Assembly: GCA_963667175.2 (NCBI GenBank)
Contig: CAXXXF010000018.1
Coordinates: 224,001-288,000 of the forward strand
Direction of reading: 5' to 3'
Length of the DNA stretch: 64,000 bases
DNA from: Candidatus Latescibacterota bacterium
Lineage (GTDB): Bacteria; Latescibacterota; UBA2968; GCA-2709665
Position 1 is the first letter of the stretch. The number at the start of each line of letters is the position of its first letter. Below the pieces are notes generated by a model, which did not search any database, was not told the origin of the DNA, and saw only the letters and a program-made list of their open reading frames with translations. Below are positions 1-9,584 of this stretch, piece after piece. Position numbers and translations under genes: made by a program.

Positions 1-1
1 G

Positions 2-463
2 TGGACACGGAATTTCGGTAACTTTTACGCGCTGATCCAGTTGCAGAAGTGGACGTTTTTTCTGATTCTGAGTCTGATCGTGGTCGTGGCGGGATTCAAC
101 ATCATCAGCATCCTGACGATGAACGTGACCGATCGTCGCCGGGAGATTGGAATTCTGAAGGCGATGGGAATGATCCCGGGGCGGATCGGCCGGATTTTTA
201 CCCTCGAGGGCGTCGTGGTGGGCGTGTCGGGGATTGCAATCGGTAATCTCCTGGGATTTTCGCTTTGCTGGATTCAGAAACGGTTCGAAGTGATTCACGT
301 GCCCGGGGAGGTCTATTACGTCAGTTCGCTGCCGGTGGAAATGCGCCTCGAGGATTTCGGTCTGGTTTCCCTGTGCGCGGTCTTCGTCTGTTATCTCTTC
401 AGCCTGCTTCCTTCCCGTGATGCGGCGGCGCTGGATCCGGTGGATGCCATCCGCTATGAGTGA
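2..463 (+). CDS. LolC/LolE-family (FtsX-like) lipoprotein-releasing ABC permease, 5'-partial
   Basis: Frame is open from the window start. C-terminal motifs LIVVVAGFNIISIL...RREIGILKAMG and AAALDPVDAIRYE are typical of LolC/E. Confidence 0.9.
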   Translation, partial: WTRNFGNFYALIQLQKWTFFLILSLIVVVAGFNIISILTMNVTDRRREIGILKAMGMIPGRIGRIFTLEGVVVGVSGIAIGNLLGFSLCWIQKRFEVIHVPGEVYYVSSLPVEMRLEDFGLVSLCAVFVCYLFSLLPSRDAAALDPVDAIRYE

Positions 464-565
464 TCGACGATACACGGCGCCGCCGCACCTGGGGCAAGAA
501 GGGACGAATCGACGGGAGAATGGTGAGAAACTTTGGGGACAGGACACCAGGACAGGGCGCCCGCG

Positions 566-1816
566 ATGGTCGAATGGTTGATTGCGCGACGGTATCTTCG
601 CTCGATGCGTCGCCGGAAACGTGTGTCGTTCACGGTGGCTGTGGCGGTACTGGGCGTGGGCCTGGGCGTGGGGGCGCTGGTGATCGTGCTGTCGGTGTCG
701 AACGGGTTTTCGGCGCTGGTATGGGACCGGCTGCTGGGCGTAAACGCGCATGCGACGGTGCGCGCGGAGAGCGGGCGCCCGATTGAGGATCCCGGGGCGC
801 TCCTGACCGCGCTGGACGCCCATCCCCTGGTCACTGGCGTCTCGCCGTTTGCGGCGTCAGAAGGCGCCCTCCTGCACCGTTCCTTTGAAAACGAGGTGTA
901 TAGCGCCGCTGTGATGGTGAGAGGCGTAACGCCGGACGGATTGGAAGCGGTAAGCGATCTGGAGGACTATATCTGGGGAGGCGCCCTGGATCTCGGTCTC
1001 CAGGAAACGGAGGGCCGCGGTCGGGTTTACGGGATCGTCGTCGGGCGCTATCTGGCCGATCAACTGGGCGTACGGGTGGGATCCGAGGTACGTCTCTGGA
1101 TCCTGCCGCAAGAGGTCTTCGCCGCGCAGACCCGGTTCCGGCGGTACCTGGTCACCGGCATCTTCAGCTCGGGTAACCCTGAGTACGACAGCGGATTGGC
1201 CTATGTTTCTCTATCAGCGGCCCGAAGAGACCTCGAATGGGAGCGCCGGATCAGCGGCGTCCGGCTTCGGTTCGGCGACGCCTTTCGGGCGCGGGAATTC
1301 AGCGCGGCCGTTGAGAAGACGACCAGGCAACTGGATCCGGCGCTTGCCGTGCATCCCTGGATGCGCGACCACGGCAATCTCTATTTTTCCATTCATCTGG
1401 AGAAGTGGGCGAGTTTTCTGGGAATCGGGCTGATTGTCGTGGTTGCAGGCTTCAACATCGTCAGCGTGCTTAGCATGAACGTGGCGGAGAGGCGCCGTGA
1501 GATTGGCATTCTCAAGACCCTTGGCGTGCCTCCGCGGAGAATCGGGCGGATATTTACGTGGCAGGGGCTTGCCGTGGGCTTTTCCGGCGTGTTGCTTGGC
1601 AATCTGCTGGGTTTTGCCCTGTGCTGGGCGCAGCAGCGGTACGAACTGCTGAAAATTCCGGGAGACGTGTTGATTACGCAGGCACTGCCCGTCGAAATGC
1701 GGGTGTCTGATTTTCTGGCGATTTCGGCTTCCGCCGCGTTGGTCTGCTATCTGTTTACGCTGTTTCCGGCTCGAGACGCCGCGGCACTGGATCCGGTTGA
1801 AGCAATCAGGCGATAG
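566..1816 (+). CDS. LolC/LolE-family lipoprotein-releasing ABC permease
   Basis: IARRYLR N-terminus, TM1, periplasmic domain, VAGFNIVS...RREIGILKTLG and AAALDPVEAIR. ATG at 566 preferred over TTG at 533. Confidence 0.9.
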   Translation: MVEWLIARRYLRSMRRRKRVSFTVAVAVLGVGLGVGALVIVLSVSNGFSALVWDRLLGVNAHATVRAESGRPIEDPGALLTALDAHPLVTGVSPFAASEGALLHRSFENEVYSAAVMVRGVTPDGLEAVSDLEDYIWGGALDLGLQETEGRGRVYGIVVGRYLADQLGVRVGSEVRLWILPQEVFAAQTRFRRYLVTGIFSSGNPEYDSGLAYVSLSAARRDLEWERRISGVRLRFGDAFRAREFSAAVEKTTRQLDPALAVHPWMRDHGNLYFSIHLEKWASFLGIGLIVVVAGFNIVSVLSMNVAERRREIGILKTLGVPPRRIGRIFTWQGLAVGFSGVLLGNLLGFALCWAQQRYELLKIPGDVLITQALPVEMRVSDFLAISASAALVCYLFTLFPARDAAALDPVEAIRR

Positions 1817-1884
1817 GTACCTGTCCGGGAAACAGGCCGCCCTTCTTCCGTTGCCGGAGCGATGCAGGGACCAGAAGGGGCTCC

Positions 1885-2049
1885 ATGGATCCCGATCCAC
1901 TTAGATCGTATCCGCCGGGCGACCCCAGGCGTCCGCCTCCGAGGTGGTTTCTGGTGCTGATCGCCGTTGCCGTTGCGATTGTGGTGACGTTGTTCGCCGT
2001 TCTCATCGCCTATCTGCGCGACGTATGGACGGCGCGGCCGCTTGGTTAG
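1885..2049 (+). CDS. Putative 54-aa single-pass membrane protein (not in the ORF track)
   Basis: Hand translation: MDPDPLRSYPPGDPRRPPPRWFLVLIAVAVAIVVTLFAVLIAYLRDVWTARPLG. Purine-rich AGAAGGGG upstream; followed by a terminator. Confidence 0.55.
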   Translation: MDPDPLRSYPPGDPRRPPPRWFLVLIAVAVAIVVTLFAVLIAYLRDVWTARPLG

Positions 2050-2074
2050 CACTGCACGATAAAGAATAACATGG

Positions 2075-2102
2075 AAAAGCCCGGACGATTGTCCGGGCTT
2101 TT
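2075..2102. terminator. Bidirectional intrinsic terminator
   Basis: AAAAGCCCGGAC-GATT-GTCCGGGCTTTT perfect hairpin with A/T tails, between convergent genes. Confidence 0.85.
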
Positions 2103-2126
2103 GATTGCCGATGCCCGGAACGTCGG

Positions 2127-2864
2127 TCAGTACGTGGCGCGGCCGCCGCTGGCGTCAAAACACTGCCCCGTTGTGAAACTGGCTTCATCCGAGGCCAGGA
2201 AGTGTACCAGCGCGGCGACCTCGCCGGGTTTGCCAAGGCGGCCCATGGGTATCCTGGACGTAAGGAAGGCGGCCCGATCCGGATCCAGACCGAGGGTCAT
2301 CCCGGTCTCGATGAGTGCGGGCGCGACGCAGTTGACACGAACGTTGTGGTCCAGCACCTCCCTGGCAAGCGCCTTGGTAAAACAGATAACGCCGGCCTTC
2401 GATACCGAGTAAGCCGCCATATTGGCGTTCCCTTCCTTGCCAGAGATCGAGGCGACGGATACAATTGCGCCCCTGTTGCGTTCTGCCATGTGTGCGATGA
2501 CCGCGCGCGAGCAGAGGAAGACGCCCTTGAGATTGGTGTCCATCACGCGGTCCCACTCCGTTTCGCTCAGTTCCCGCACCGGCGACTCCGGGCCCACAAT
2601 GCCGGCGTTATTGACCAGGACGTCGATCTGGCCGAGCCGTTCCAGCACGGTGTCCACCATCCGGGTGACGTCTTCGCTGCGCGAGATATCCGCTTTCACG
2701 GTGAGACTGACGTTGGAACGCCCCCCGTCGGGCGGGTCGATATCCGCGATGGCAACGGTCGCGCCCGCAGTCGCCAGGCGGTCCGCGATGGCCGCACCGA
2801 TGCCTCTGGCGCCGCCGGTGACGAGCGCAACGCGTCCGGTAAGGTCCATGAACGTCGGTGGCAT
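2127..2864 (-). CDS. SDR-family oxidoreductase (FabG-like)
   Basis: TGGARGIG, NNAG and YSVSK motifs. Confidence 0.9.
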   Translation of the reverse strand: MPPTFMDLTGRVALVTGGARGIGAAIADRLATAGATVAIADIDPPDGGRSNVSLTVKADISRSEDVTRMVDTVLERLGQIDVLVNNAGIVGPESPVRELSETEWDRVMDTNLKGVFLCSRAVIAHMAERNRGAIVSVASISGKEGNANMAAYSVSKAGVICFTKALAREVLDHNVRVNCVAPALIETGMTLGLDPDRAAFLTSRIPMGRLGKPGEVAALVHFLASDEASFTTGQCFDASGGRATY

Positions 2865-2905
2865 GGTTGTTCTCTCAATCTGTGGCGTGTAACTTCGGTA
2901 AGCGG

Positions 2906-3142
2906 GGAGACGGTAGACGGTAGAGGGTAGATGACATCCTTGCCCAATTGGTTCTACCTTTGTGCCTCCGGCAAGAAATGAATCCGCACGGGGCAATAAA
3001 ACCCGTTAGACGCAAGACGGTAGATGATAACGTTAGCACAGTGTCTCCACGCTGACCGTGCCTGTTTCTCTACCGCTATCGTAACGACTAGAAAAACCAT
3101 ATGGCACTCATATCATCTCCCCTCTTACGTCTACCGTCTACC
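2906..3142. repeat. Three clusters of GTAGACG-like heptamer repeats (two direct, one inverted)
   Basis: 2906-2933 GGAGACGGTAGACGGTAGAGGGTAGATG; 3005-3026 GTTAGACGCAAGACGGTAGATG; inverted 3114-3142 CATCTCCCCTCTTACGTCTACCGTCTACC. Confidence 0.65.
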
Positions 3143-3173
3143 CGATTCTACGGGGCCGTGGGGTGAGGGTTAC

Positions 3174-4262
3174 CTAAGTCAATTCCGTCCCGTCCATGTA
3201 TTCGATCAGTTTCCGGTTCGCCCGGGAAAACGCATAGTCTTCGAGGCTTTCGGGAACGACCCACTTCACGTCCGTACAGGTCCGCGCGCGGGCTCTGCCG
3301 CCTCTGTATTCGCATCGAAACGCGTGCATGGTTACGCTGAAGTGGGTGAAAGCGTGTCTGACGGACCTGAACCGGTTCCGCAGGGCCGCGTCGACGCCGG
3401 TGGCCTCGCGCACCGCCCGAATACACGTGTCACCCAGGGGCTCGCCCTCCTGCTGTCGGGCCGACGGGAATTCCCACAGTCCTCCGAGAAGCCCGTCTTC
3501 CGGCCGGCGCGCGATCAGGACCTTGTCGTTCCGGGATACGATTCCGACACCCAGGACGTGGTGCGGGCGCGATTTCTTCGGGGCTTTGACGGGCAACGAT
3601 TCCGCCGTACCGGATTGATACGCGGCGCAATATTCGTCGACGGGACACGAGCCGCATCGAGGCGCCCGCGGGCGGCAGACCGTCGCGCCAAGTTCCATGA
3701 CGGCCTGGTTGTACTCGCCGGCATCGCCGCTGTTCAGAAGGTCGTCCGCCAGTTTCTGAAGACGGGTTCTGGTGCGGGTTTGCGCGATATCGTCCCGAAT
3801 CTCGAAGAGCCGGCAAAGAACGCGGATGACGTTGCCGTCGAGAACGGCGAAGTCCCGGTCGTAGGCGATACTCAGGACGGCGGCCGTGGTGTAGGGTCCC
3901 AGACCGGGCAGAGCGGAGAGATCGTCGTAGGCATCGGGAACGGCGCCGTTGAATCTTTCCACGATGTACCGGGCTGTTCTGTGCAGGTTTCGCGCGCGAG
4001 AATAGTAGCCCAGGCCCTCCCACGCCTTGAGGACCCGGTCTCCGGGCGATCGGGCGAGGTCCTGCACGGTCGGGAAATCTCTCAGGAACCGCCTGTAATA
4101 GGGAATGACGGTTTCGACCCGGGTCTGCTGAAGCATGAACTCGGCGAGCAGAACCTGGTATGGATCGGACGTTTGACGCCAGGGGAGATCCCGCTTTTCA
4201 CGACGGTACCACGCGAGCAGGGACCTCTTGATCGATGCAAATCCTGACAGGTCGGCATTCAT
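3174..4262 (-). CDS. mutY: A/G-specific adenine glycosylase MutY
   Basis: LPWR, EFMLQQT, GLGYYSRARNL, HhH LPGLGPYT, Fe-S motif C-X6-C-X2-C-X5-C, C-terminal NUDIX-like domain. Likely start ATG 4262. Confidence 0.95.
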   Translation of the reverse strand: MNADLSGFASIKRSLLAWYRREKRDLPWRQTSDPYQVLLAEFMLQQTRVETVIPYYRRFLRDFPTVQDLARSPGDRVLKAWEGLGYYSRARNLHRTARYIVERFNGAVPDAYDDLSALPGLGPYTTAAVLSIAYDRDFAVLDGNVIRVLCRLFEIRDDIAQTRTRTRLQKLADDLLNSGDAGEYNQAVMELGATVCRPRAPRCGSCPVDEYCAAYQSGTAESLPVKAPKKSRPHHVLGVGIVSRNDKVLIARRPEDGLLGGLWEFPSARQQEGEPLGDTCIRAVREATGVDAALRNRFRSVRHAFTHFSVTMHAFRCEYRGGRARARTCTDVKWVVPESLEDYAFSRANRKLIEYMDGTELT

Positions 4263-4285
4263 CAGTTTACCCGGCGAAGGTCGCC

Positions 4286-4648
4286 TCACCGCGCCTGGAC
4301 GTCTTCCTTTCGGCGGCGCTTCTCCTCCGCAATATCGCTGGCGTGTCCCGTGACGACGTCGGGCGGGCTGGTCCTGATCAGTTGCTGCAGAGCCAGCAGG
4401 AACAACAGGACGTCTTCTCCATAGCCCAGGTGCGGGAACAACGCTTCCGGCAACAGATCCACGGGGGATATCCCGTAGAGAATGATCACGTAGACCAGCA
4501 GTTTGCTGTACCATGGCACACGCGGGTCTTTCATCAGGCGCCAGGCGAGTCTGATATACTGGGGCAGGCGAAAGAGAATTGAGAAGATGCCGCGCATGGC
4601 AGTAGCGAGCGGGTACACGTGGACGCGATTCTCTGCGCGATCGTTCAA
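4286..4648 (-). CDS. YkvA/DUF1232 family membrane protein
   Basis: DPRVPW, YGISPVDLLPE and LGYGEDV motifs. Confidence 0.8.
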   Translation of the reverse strand: MNDRAENRVHVYPLATAMRGIFSILFRLPQYIRLAWRLMKDPRVPWYSKLLVYVIILYGISPVDLLPEALFPHLGYGEDVLLFLLALQQLIRTSPPDVVTGHASDIAEEKRRRKEDVQAR

Positions 4649-4660
4649 GAGACGGTTGGC

Positions 4661-5653
4661 CTACGTCCTGCCAGGAAAGGATCTGACCCTGGGGTGGTTC
4701 AACACGTCCGGATTGATGATGTGCGCGGGTTCCCTGCCCTCCATGGCGTCGGTGAGTTGCCCGAAGGTTCGGCGGTCCAGGCGTACCGCGGAAGCGTCGG
4801 TCATTCCGGCGTTGTGGTTGGTACAGATGATGCGGGGGTGCCCCTTGTGGATGGCTCGCGGGCCGTCCACAGGGTCGTCGACCACGTAATACCAGAGTCG
4901 CTTCTCGACGATGGCGCGGTTGACGGCAATATCGTCTACGAGGGCGCCGCGCGACGGGTTGATGAGGGAGGCATGGGGCTGCATGGCACAAAGGAGGTCG
5001 TAGGTTACGAGGGTGTCGGCGCCGGAAACGTGCAGGGAGACAGTATCGCATTCCCTGAACAGGTCTATCGGTTCGCCGACGGCCTCCGCCCCGAATCGGG
5101 ACGCGAGTTCCGCGACGTCCGGCCGGACGTCGTAAACCAGCACGCGTCCCCTGTCACCCAGGAGAGGCTTTGCTCGTTCGGCGACCGCCTGACCGATGCG
5201 GCCGAAACCATATAGACCAAGCGTAGTTTCGGCGACCTCGTAGGTTCTGATGAGAGAAAAGTCGCCGCTGTGGGAGAGTCGGTTCAGCGTGTAGACCCTC
5301 TTCATGGTCGCCATCCACTGGGCAATGGCGTATTCGGCTACCGTGACCATATGCTCAGGAGCAATGGTCACGATCACGCCGCGGCGCGTAGCCGCGTCGA
5401 GGTTGACTTTTTCGTAACCCACGCCCCATCGGGAGACGATGCGCAGGTCCGTCGCGGCTTCATAGAAGCTTTCGTGAATCAGCGCGGAGCTCGCGATTAC
5501 GCCGACCACGCCGGCTGCTTCGTTTCCCGTCAGTTCCCCGGAGTAGTAGTCCACGCTGGCAATGCCGGCCAGTCGCTCCAGTCTCTTCCGGCGGCTGTCG
5601 GAGTCGAATTCGGGGTTCCGCATGTTGGCGGACAGCAGGATTCTCCGTGCCAT
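4661..5653 (-). CDS. D-isomer-specific 2-hydroxyacid dehydrogenase (SerA-like)
   Basis: RWGVGYE, GLYGFGRIG, INPSRGALVD and NHNAG motifs. Confidence 0.85.
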   Translation of the reverse strand: MARRILLSANMRNPEFDSDSRRKRLERLAGIASVDYYSGELTGNEAAGVVGVIASSALIHESFYEAATDLRIVSRWGVGYEKVNLDAATRRGVIVTIAPEHMVTVAEYAIAQWMATMKRVYTLNRLSHSGDFSLIRTYEVAETTLGLYGFGRIGQAVAERAKPLLGDRGRVLVYDVRPDVAELASRFGAEAVGEPIDLFRECDTVSLHVSGADTLVTYDLLCAMQPHASLINPSRGALVDDIAVNRAIVEKRLWYYVVDDPVDGPRAIHKGHPRIICTNHNAGMTDASAVRLDRRTFGQLTDAMEGREPAHIINPDVLNHPRVRSFPGRT

Positions 5654-5687
5654 GCAATTCCTTTGTCTGAGAGGTGACGCGGCAGGT

Positions 5688-7349
5688 CTATCGAATCTTC
5701 TGCCGGTCCACGATATCCTGGACGATTTCGCGAAGGGCGCCGCGCTGGACCTTGCCCGTAGACGTCATCGGCAAGCGGTCGGGGTTGAACGGAATGGTCC
5801 TGCAGGGCGCTTCAAAGGGGCTCAGGTTTGCCACGTTTCCTGCCAGTCCCTCGCTCAGGATCCGCCCGGCTGCTTCCACCTGCTTCCCGGGCGCCATGCC
5901 GTTGCGAAAGACCAGCGCGGCGCAGACGTCCTGTCCCCAGCGTTCGTCGTCCAGGCCGGTAACGTAGGCCCCGGCAAGCTCTGGAAAGGCTTCTACAAGG
6001 GCGTTTTCGACGGCTATCGGCGAGATGTTTACCCCCCCCTTGATGACGATTTCCTTCTTGCGGCTGTGAACGAAATAGTAATCGCGGTCGCCGATCGCAC
6101 ACCGGTAGCCGATGTCGCCGGTGTGAAACCAACCCTCCCTGAAGACTTCCTTCGTGGCTGCCGGCTGATTGAGGTAGCCGCCCGCCACAACCGGACCGCG
6201 AACCAGGATTTCACCGAGTTCGCCGGGAGCAGGATCGCCGTCGAGGCGGATGTTGTTGTTTTCGAGTTCGACTCCCGCGGCGTTACGCAGAAGCGCCTTC
6301 CGGTATTCGTCTTCCGGCAGGTCCGGCGGAACGCCGGTGACGCGAAGGCTGACTTCGGTGGCGCCGTAGCCCTGGATCAGGCGCACGCCGAATCGATCGT
6401 GGAAACGCGCCGCGGGGCCCGCGGGAACAGGGGCGCTGCCGATCATTATTTTCCTGAGCGCGGAAATGTCGTGTCCGGCCGCGTCGAACGCGTCCGCGTC
6501 GGCAAGCAGGTCCCGCATGATGGTGGGAACAATGCTGCTGGACGTCGCTTTCTCTTCTACAATGACGGGCCAGAAACCTGAAGCGCTGTATCTGGAGTTG
6601 AGAACGAGCGTTCCGCCGGCCATCAGTAGCGCAATTGAAAAGACGGTTGAATTGACGTGATGCAGCGGCAGCACGAGGCTGAGTCGTTCATTTTCGTCGA
6701 AATGCAGCCAGCGGCCGATCCCGTCCGCATTGCTCACGATGCTCTGTCGCGTAAGTAGAACGCCCTTGGGCTTGCCCGTTGTTCCCGACGTGTACAGAAT
6801 GATCCCCGCGCCCTGCTCCGCCGCCGGATCCCCGCTCCATTCCGGTTCCAGGTCCGTAGTCCGGTCGACGTCGCCGGCAAGCAGGCTGTCCGTGGCCGCA
6901 ATGGGGACGTCCGGTGCGATTTTGCGCTCGGAATCCAAGTGGCCCGGAAGCACGCAGAGCAATTTGACGCGCGAGTCTTCGAGCTTGTATCGCTTTCGTT
7001 CCGGCCCGTCGCGCCTGAGATCCAGCGGGACGGCGGTCGCGCCAAGCCGGAAGAGGGCCTGGGTGATCAGAAGGATTTCCGGGCAATTCGGCATGGCCAG
7101 GGATACCCGGTCTCCAGGACCGATGCCATAGTCGTCGTGGAACCGGGCCGCCAGCGCCGCGGTCCGGCGGTTCAGGTCTCCGTATGTGATAACCGACCGT
7201 TTTTCGCCGTCCAGGTCGCGGAAGATGACGGCCGCGCGGTCTCCGCCGTCCGAAGCCCGACGTTGAAGAAGGCGCGTGAAGTTCTTCCATGGAAAGCGAT
7301 AGACGTGAGGACGTCCGTTCTTCGTGCATGTGAAGATCTTTGGATCCAT
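5688..7349 (-). CDS. Class I adenylate-forming enzyme (acyl-CoA synthetase family)
   Basis: YTSGTTGKPKG, QGYGATE, WFHTGDIG and TSTGKVQR motifs. Confidence 0.9.
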   Translation of the reverse strand: MDPKIFTCTKNGRPHVYRFPWKNFTRLLQRRASDGGDRAAVIFRDLDGEKRSVITYGDLNRRTAALAARFHDDYGIGPGDRVSLAMPNCPEILLITQALFRLGATAVPLDLRRDGPERKRYKLEDSRVKLLCVLPGHLDSERKIAPDVPIAATDSLLAGDVDRTTDLEPEWSGDPAAEQGAGIILYTSGTTGKPKGVLLTRQSIVSNADGIGRWLHFDENERLSLVLPLHHVNSTVFSIALLMAGGTLVLNSRYSASGFWPVIVEEKATSSSIVPTIMRDLLADADAFDAAGHDISALRKIMIGSAPVPAGPAARFHDRFGVRLIQGYGATEVSLRVTGVPPDLPEDEYRKALLRNAAGVELENNNIRLDGDPAPGELGEILVRGPVVAGGYLNQPAATKEVFREGWFHTGDIGYRCAIGDRDYYFVHSRKKEIVIKGGVNISPIAVENALVEAFPELAGAYVTGLDDERWGQDVCAALVFRNGMAPGKQVEAAGRILSEGLAGNVANLSPFEAPCRTIPFNPDRLPMTSTGKVQRGALREIVQDIVDRQKIR

Positions 7350-7395
7350 AGAGATTGGACCGCGTTCCGCAGGCAACGGACAGGACGTCGGGAAC

Positions 7396-8493
7396 TCAGA
7401 GTCGGGGCCCGCCCGAGTCATACCGGGCTCTGTGGAGGAGATGGTGGTCGGCCAGGACGAGCGCGATCATGGCTTCGACCATCGGCGCCGCGCGGGGCAG
7501 TACGCAGGGGTCGTGACGGCCGCGGCCCGATAACGTGGCCGGGTTGCCGTGAATATCCACGGTTTCCTGGGGCTTGAGGATGGTTGCGGTCGGTTTGAAG
7601 GCGGCGCGCACCACGATGTTTTCGCCGTTGGAGATTCCGCCCTGAACACCCCCGGAACGGTTGGTGCGTGTGCGTATTCTGTCTCCTTCGGTGAAGAACG
7701 GGTCGTTGTGGGTGGAACCGGTGAGCGTTGTGCCGGCAAACCCGGACCCGATCTCGAAACCCTTGCACGCCGGCAGAGACAGGACGGCCTTGCCCAGGTC
7801 GGCTTCCAGTTTGTCGAATACGGGTTCGCCGAGGCCCGGCGGAACGTTGCGGGCGACGGCTTCCACTGTGCCCCCGAGGGAGTCGCCGTCCTTTCGGGCC
7901 TGTTCGATCTGCTCGATCATCCGGTCCGCCAGTTCGGCGTCGGGACAGCGTACGATATTGGATTCGATCTGGTCCCTGGTGACTGCATCGGGATCGACAC
8001 CGGCCGTCAGGTCGCGTACGCTTCTGACAAAGGCCAGGATCTCCACGCCAAGCGCCTGATGCAGGATCTTGCGCGCGATCGCGCCGGCCGCCACCCGGCC
8101 GATGGTCTCGCGTGCGCTGGCCCGCCCGCCGCCCTGCCAGTCGCGGATCCCGTATTTTGCCTGATAGGTGTAGTCGGCGTGAGACGGACGGTACTTGACC
8201 CGCATCTCCTCGTAGTCTTTGGATCGGGCGTCTTTGTTCCTGACAATCAGCGAGACAGGCGTGCCGAGGGTCTTGCCTTCGAAGACGCCGGACAGGATCT
8301 CGACACGGTCTGCTTCCTTTCGCTGGGTGGTAATCCTGCTCTGGCCTGGTCGGCGCCGGTCCAGTTCGGCCTGAATCTCACCGGACGCGATTTCGAGATT
8401 GGGCGGGCAACCGTCGATAACGACGCCCACGCCGCCGCCGTGGGACTCGCCCCAGGTGGTGATGCGGAAGACGTGGCCGAACGTGTTGCCCAT
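7396..8493 (-). CDS. aroC: Chorismate synthase
   Basis: [40 protein letters not shown] and RGRHDPC motifs. Confidence 0.97.
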   Translation of the reverse strand: MGNTFGHVFRITTWGESHGGGVGVVIDGCPPNLEIASGEIQAELDRRRPGQSRITTQRKEADRVEILSGVFEGKTLGTPVSLIVRNKDARSKDYEEMRVKYRPSHADYTYQAKYGIRDWQGGGRASARETIGRVAAGAIARKILHQALGVEILAFVRSVRDLTAGVDPDAVTRDQIESNIVRCPDAELADRMIEQIEQARKDGDSLGGTVEAVARNVPPGLGEPVFDKLEADLGKAVLSLPACKGFEIGSGFAGTTLTGSTHNDPFFTEGDRIRTRTNRSGGVQGGISNGENIVVRAAFKPTATILKPQETVDIHGNPATLSGRGRHDPCVLPRAAPMVEAMIALVLADHHLLHRARYDSGGPRL

Positions 8494-8731
8494 GCGGTAT
8501 TCGCTCCGTGTTTTGTGCGCCTCGATTCCCCGTTGGTGATACGTCGCCTCGCCACGGCGGAATCGGCCCCAATTTACCGGATTCCCCAATGCGGGTCAAG
8601 CAAAAGTCTGTGCGTGGAAGCGCGGATTTCCGGGCTGCAGTCCGCGGTGGAAGCCCCCGATTCGCGACGTCTTGACAGCGTCCCGATGCGGGCCTATCTT
8701 GTGCTCGCCCGCAGGAAACCCGGAGGGCCGC

Positions 8732-9520
8732 ATGGCCAGGAACTACTCAGGCATACTCGAAGAAATGACCATCGACCAGGTTCGGGAGCTGAAGCCGGAC
8801 GTGGCCGTGATTCCGATCGGATCGACGGAACCTCACGGTCCGGCGTTGCCGTATGGCACGGATAGCTATCGTGCCGAGGCGATCGCCTGCGGCGCCACCC
8901 GGGAGGCGAACCGCCGGGGGGGCCGCGTGGTATGCCTGCCCACCGTCCGCATCAGCCTGAACAACAACTTTCGCGCCTTTCCGTTCGCCTGCCGCATGGG
9001 GGTGTCGACGTTCATGGCGCTGCTGAAGGACCTCGTAGAAACGTGCGAGGCGGACGGCATTGAGAAGGTCGTATTCGTCAATGCCCACGGAGGCAATCCG
9101 GACGTGATTCGGGCGGCAATGCGCGACCTGGCCGCGGCAGACGGCGCATTCGTCTGCATGATCCAGGCCTCTTCGTGCGCGTCGCCCGAGGCGCGGCAGG
9201 TCTGCGAAAGACCAAGCGACCACGCGGGCGAGGAGGAGACGTCGCAGATGCTCTACCTGCGGCCCGACCTTGTCCGCAAGGCAAAGATCGGCGACAATCC
9301 GCGGAGGCAGCCCGCGCTCGAGGTCCTGACGGAGTACCAGGTGGATTTCGTGAGACCGTGGCATCTTTACATGCCGGCGTCCGCCGGCGGCGACGCAAGC
9401 CGCGCCACCCGGGAAAAGGGTAAGATCGTTATCGATTCAAGTATTGAGGGAACGGGCAGGTTTCTGGCAGAACTGTCCAGGGCCGACAGGGATCGCAATT
9501 TCCCTTACCCGCCCGATTGA
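8732..9520 (+). CDS. Creatininase/creatinine amidohydrolase family protein
   Basis: IPIGSTEPHGPALPYGTD, VNAHGGN and DHAGEEETS motifs. Confidence 0.9.
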   Translation: MARNYSGILEEMTIDQVRELKPDVAVIPIGSTEPHGPALPYGTDSYRAEAIACGATREANRRGGRVVCLPTVRISLNNNFRAFPFACRMGVSTFMALLKDLVETCEADGIEKVVFVNAHGGNPDVIRAAMRDLAAADGAFVCMIQASSCASPEARQVCERPSDHAGEEETSQMLYLRPDLVRKAKIGDNPRRQPALEVLTEYQVDFVRPWHLYMPASAGGDASRATREKGKIVIDSSIEGTGRFLAELSRADRDRNFPYPPD

Positions 9521-9584
9521 TTCGGTAACTCTGAATAGACATGGATGGACAGGATATAATTTCGAGTCAACAGCAGAGGATTTC

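Noticed and set aside
4263-5051. N-terminal extension of MutY (625-aa ORF)
   Set aside because: Overlaps two better genes on the same strand; MutY similarity starts at Met 4262.
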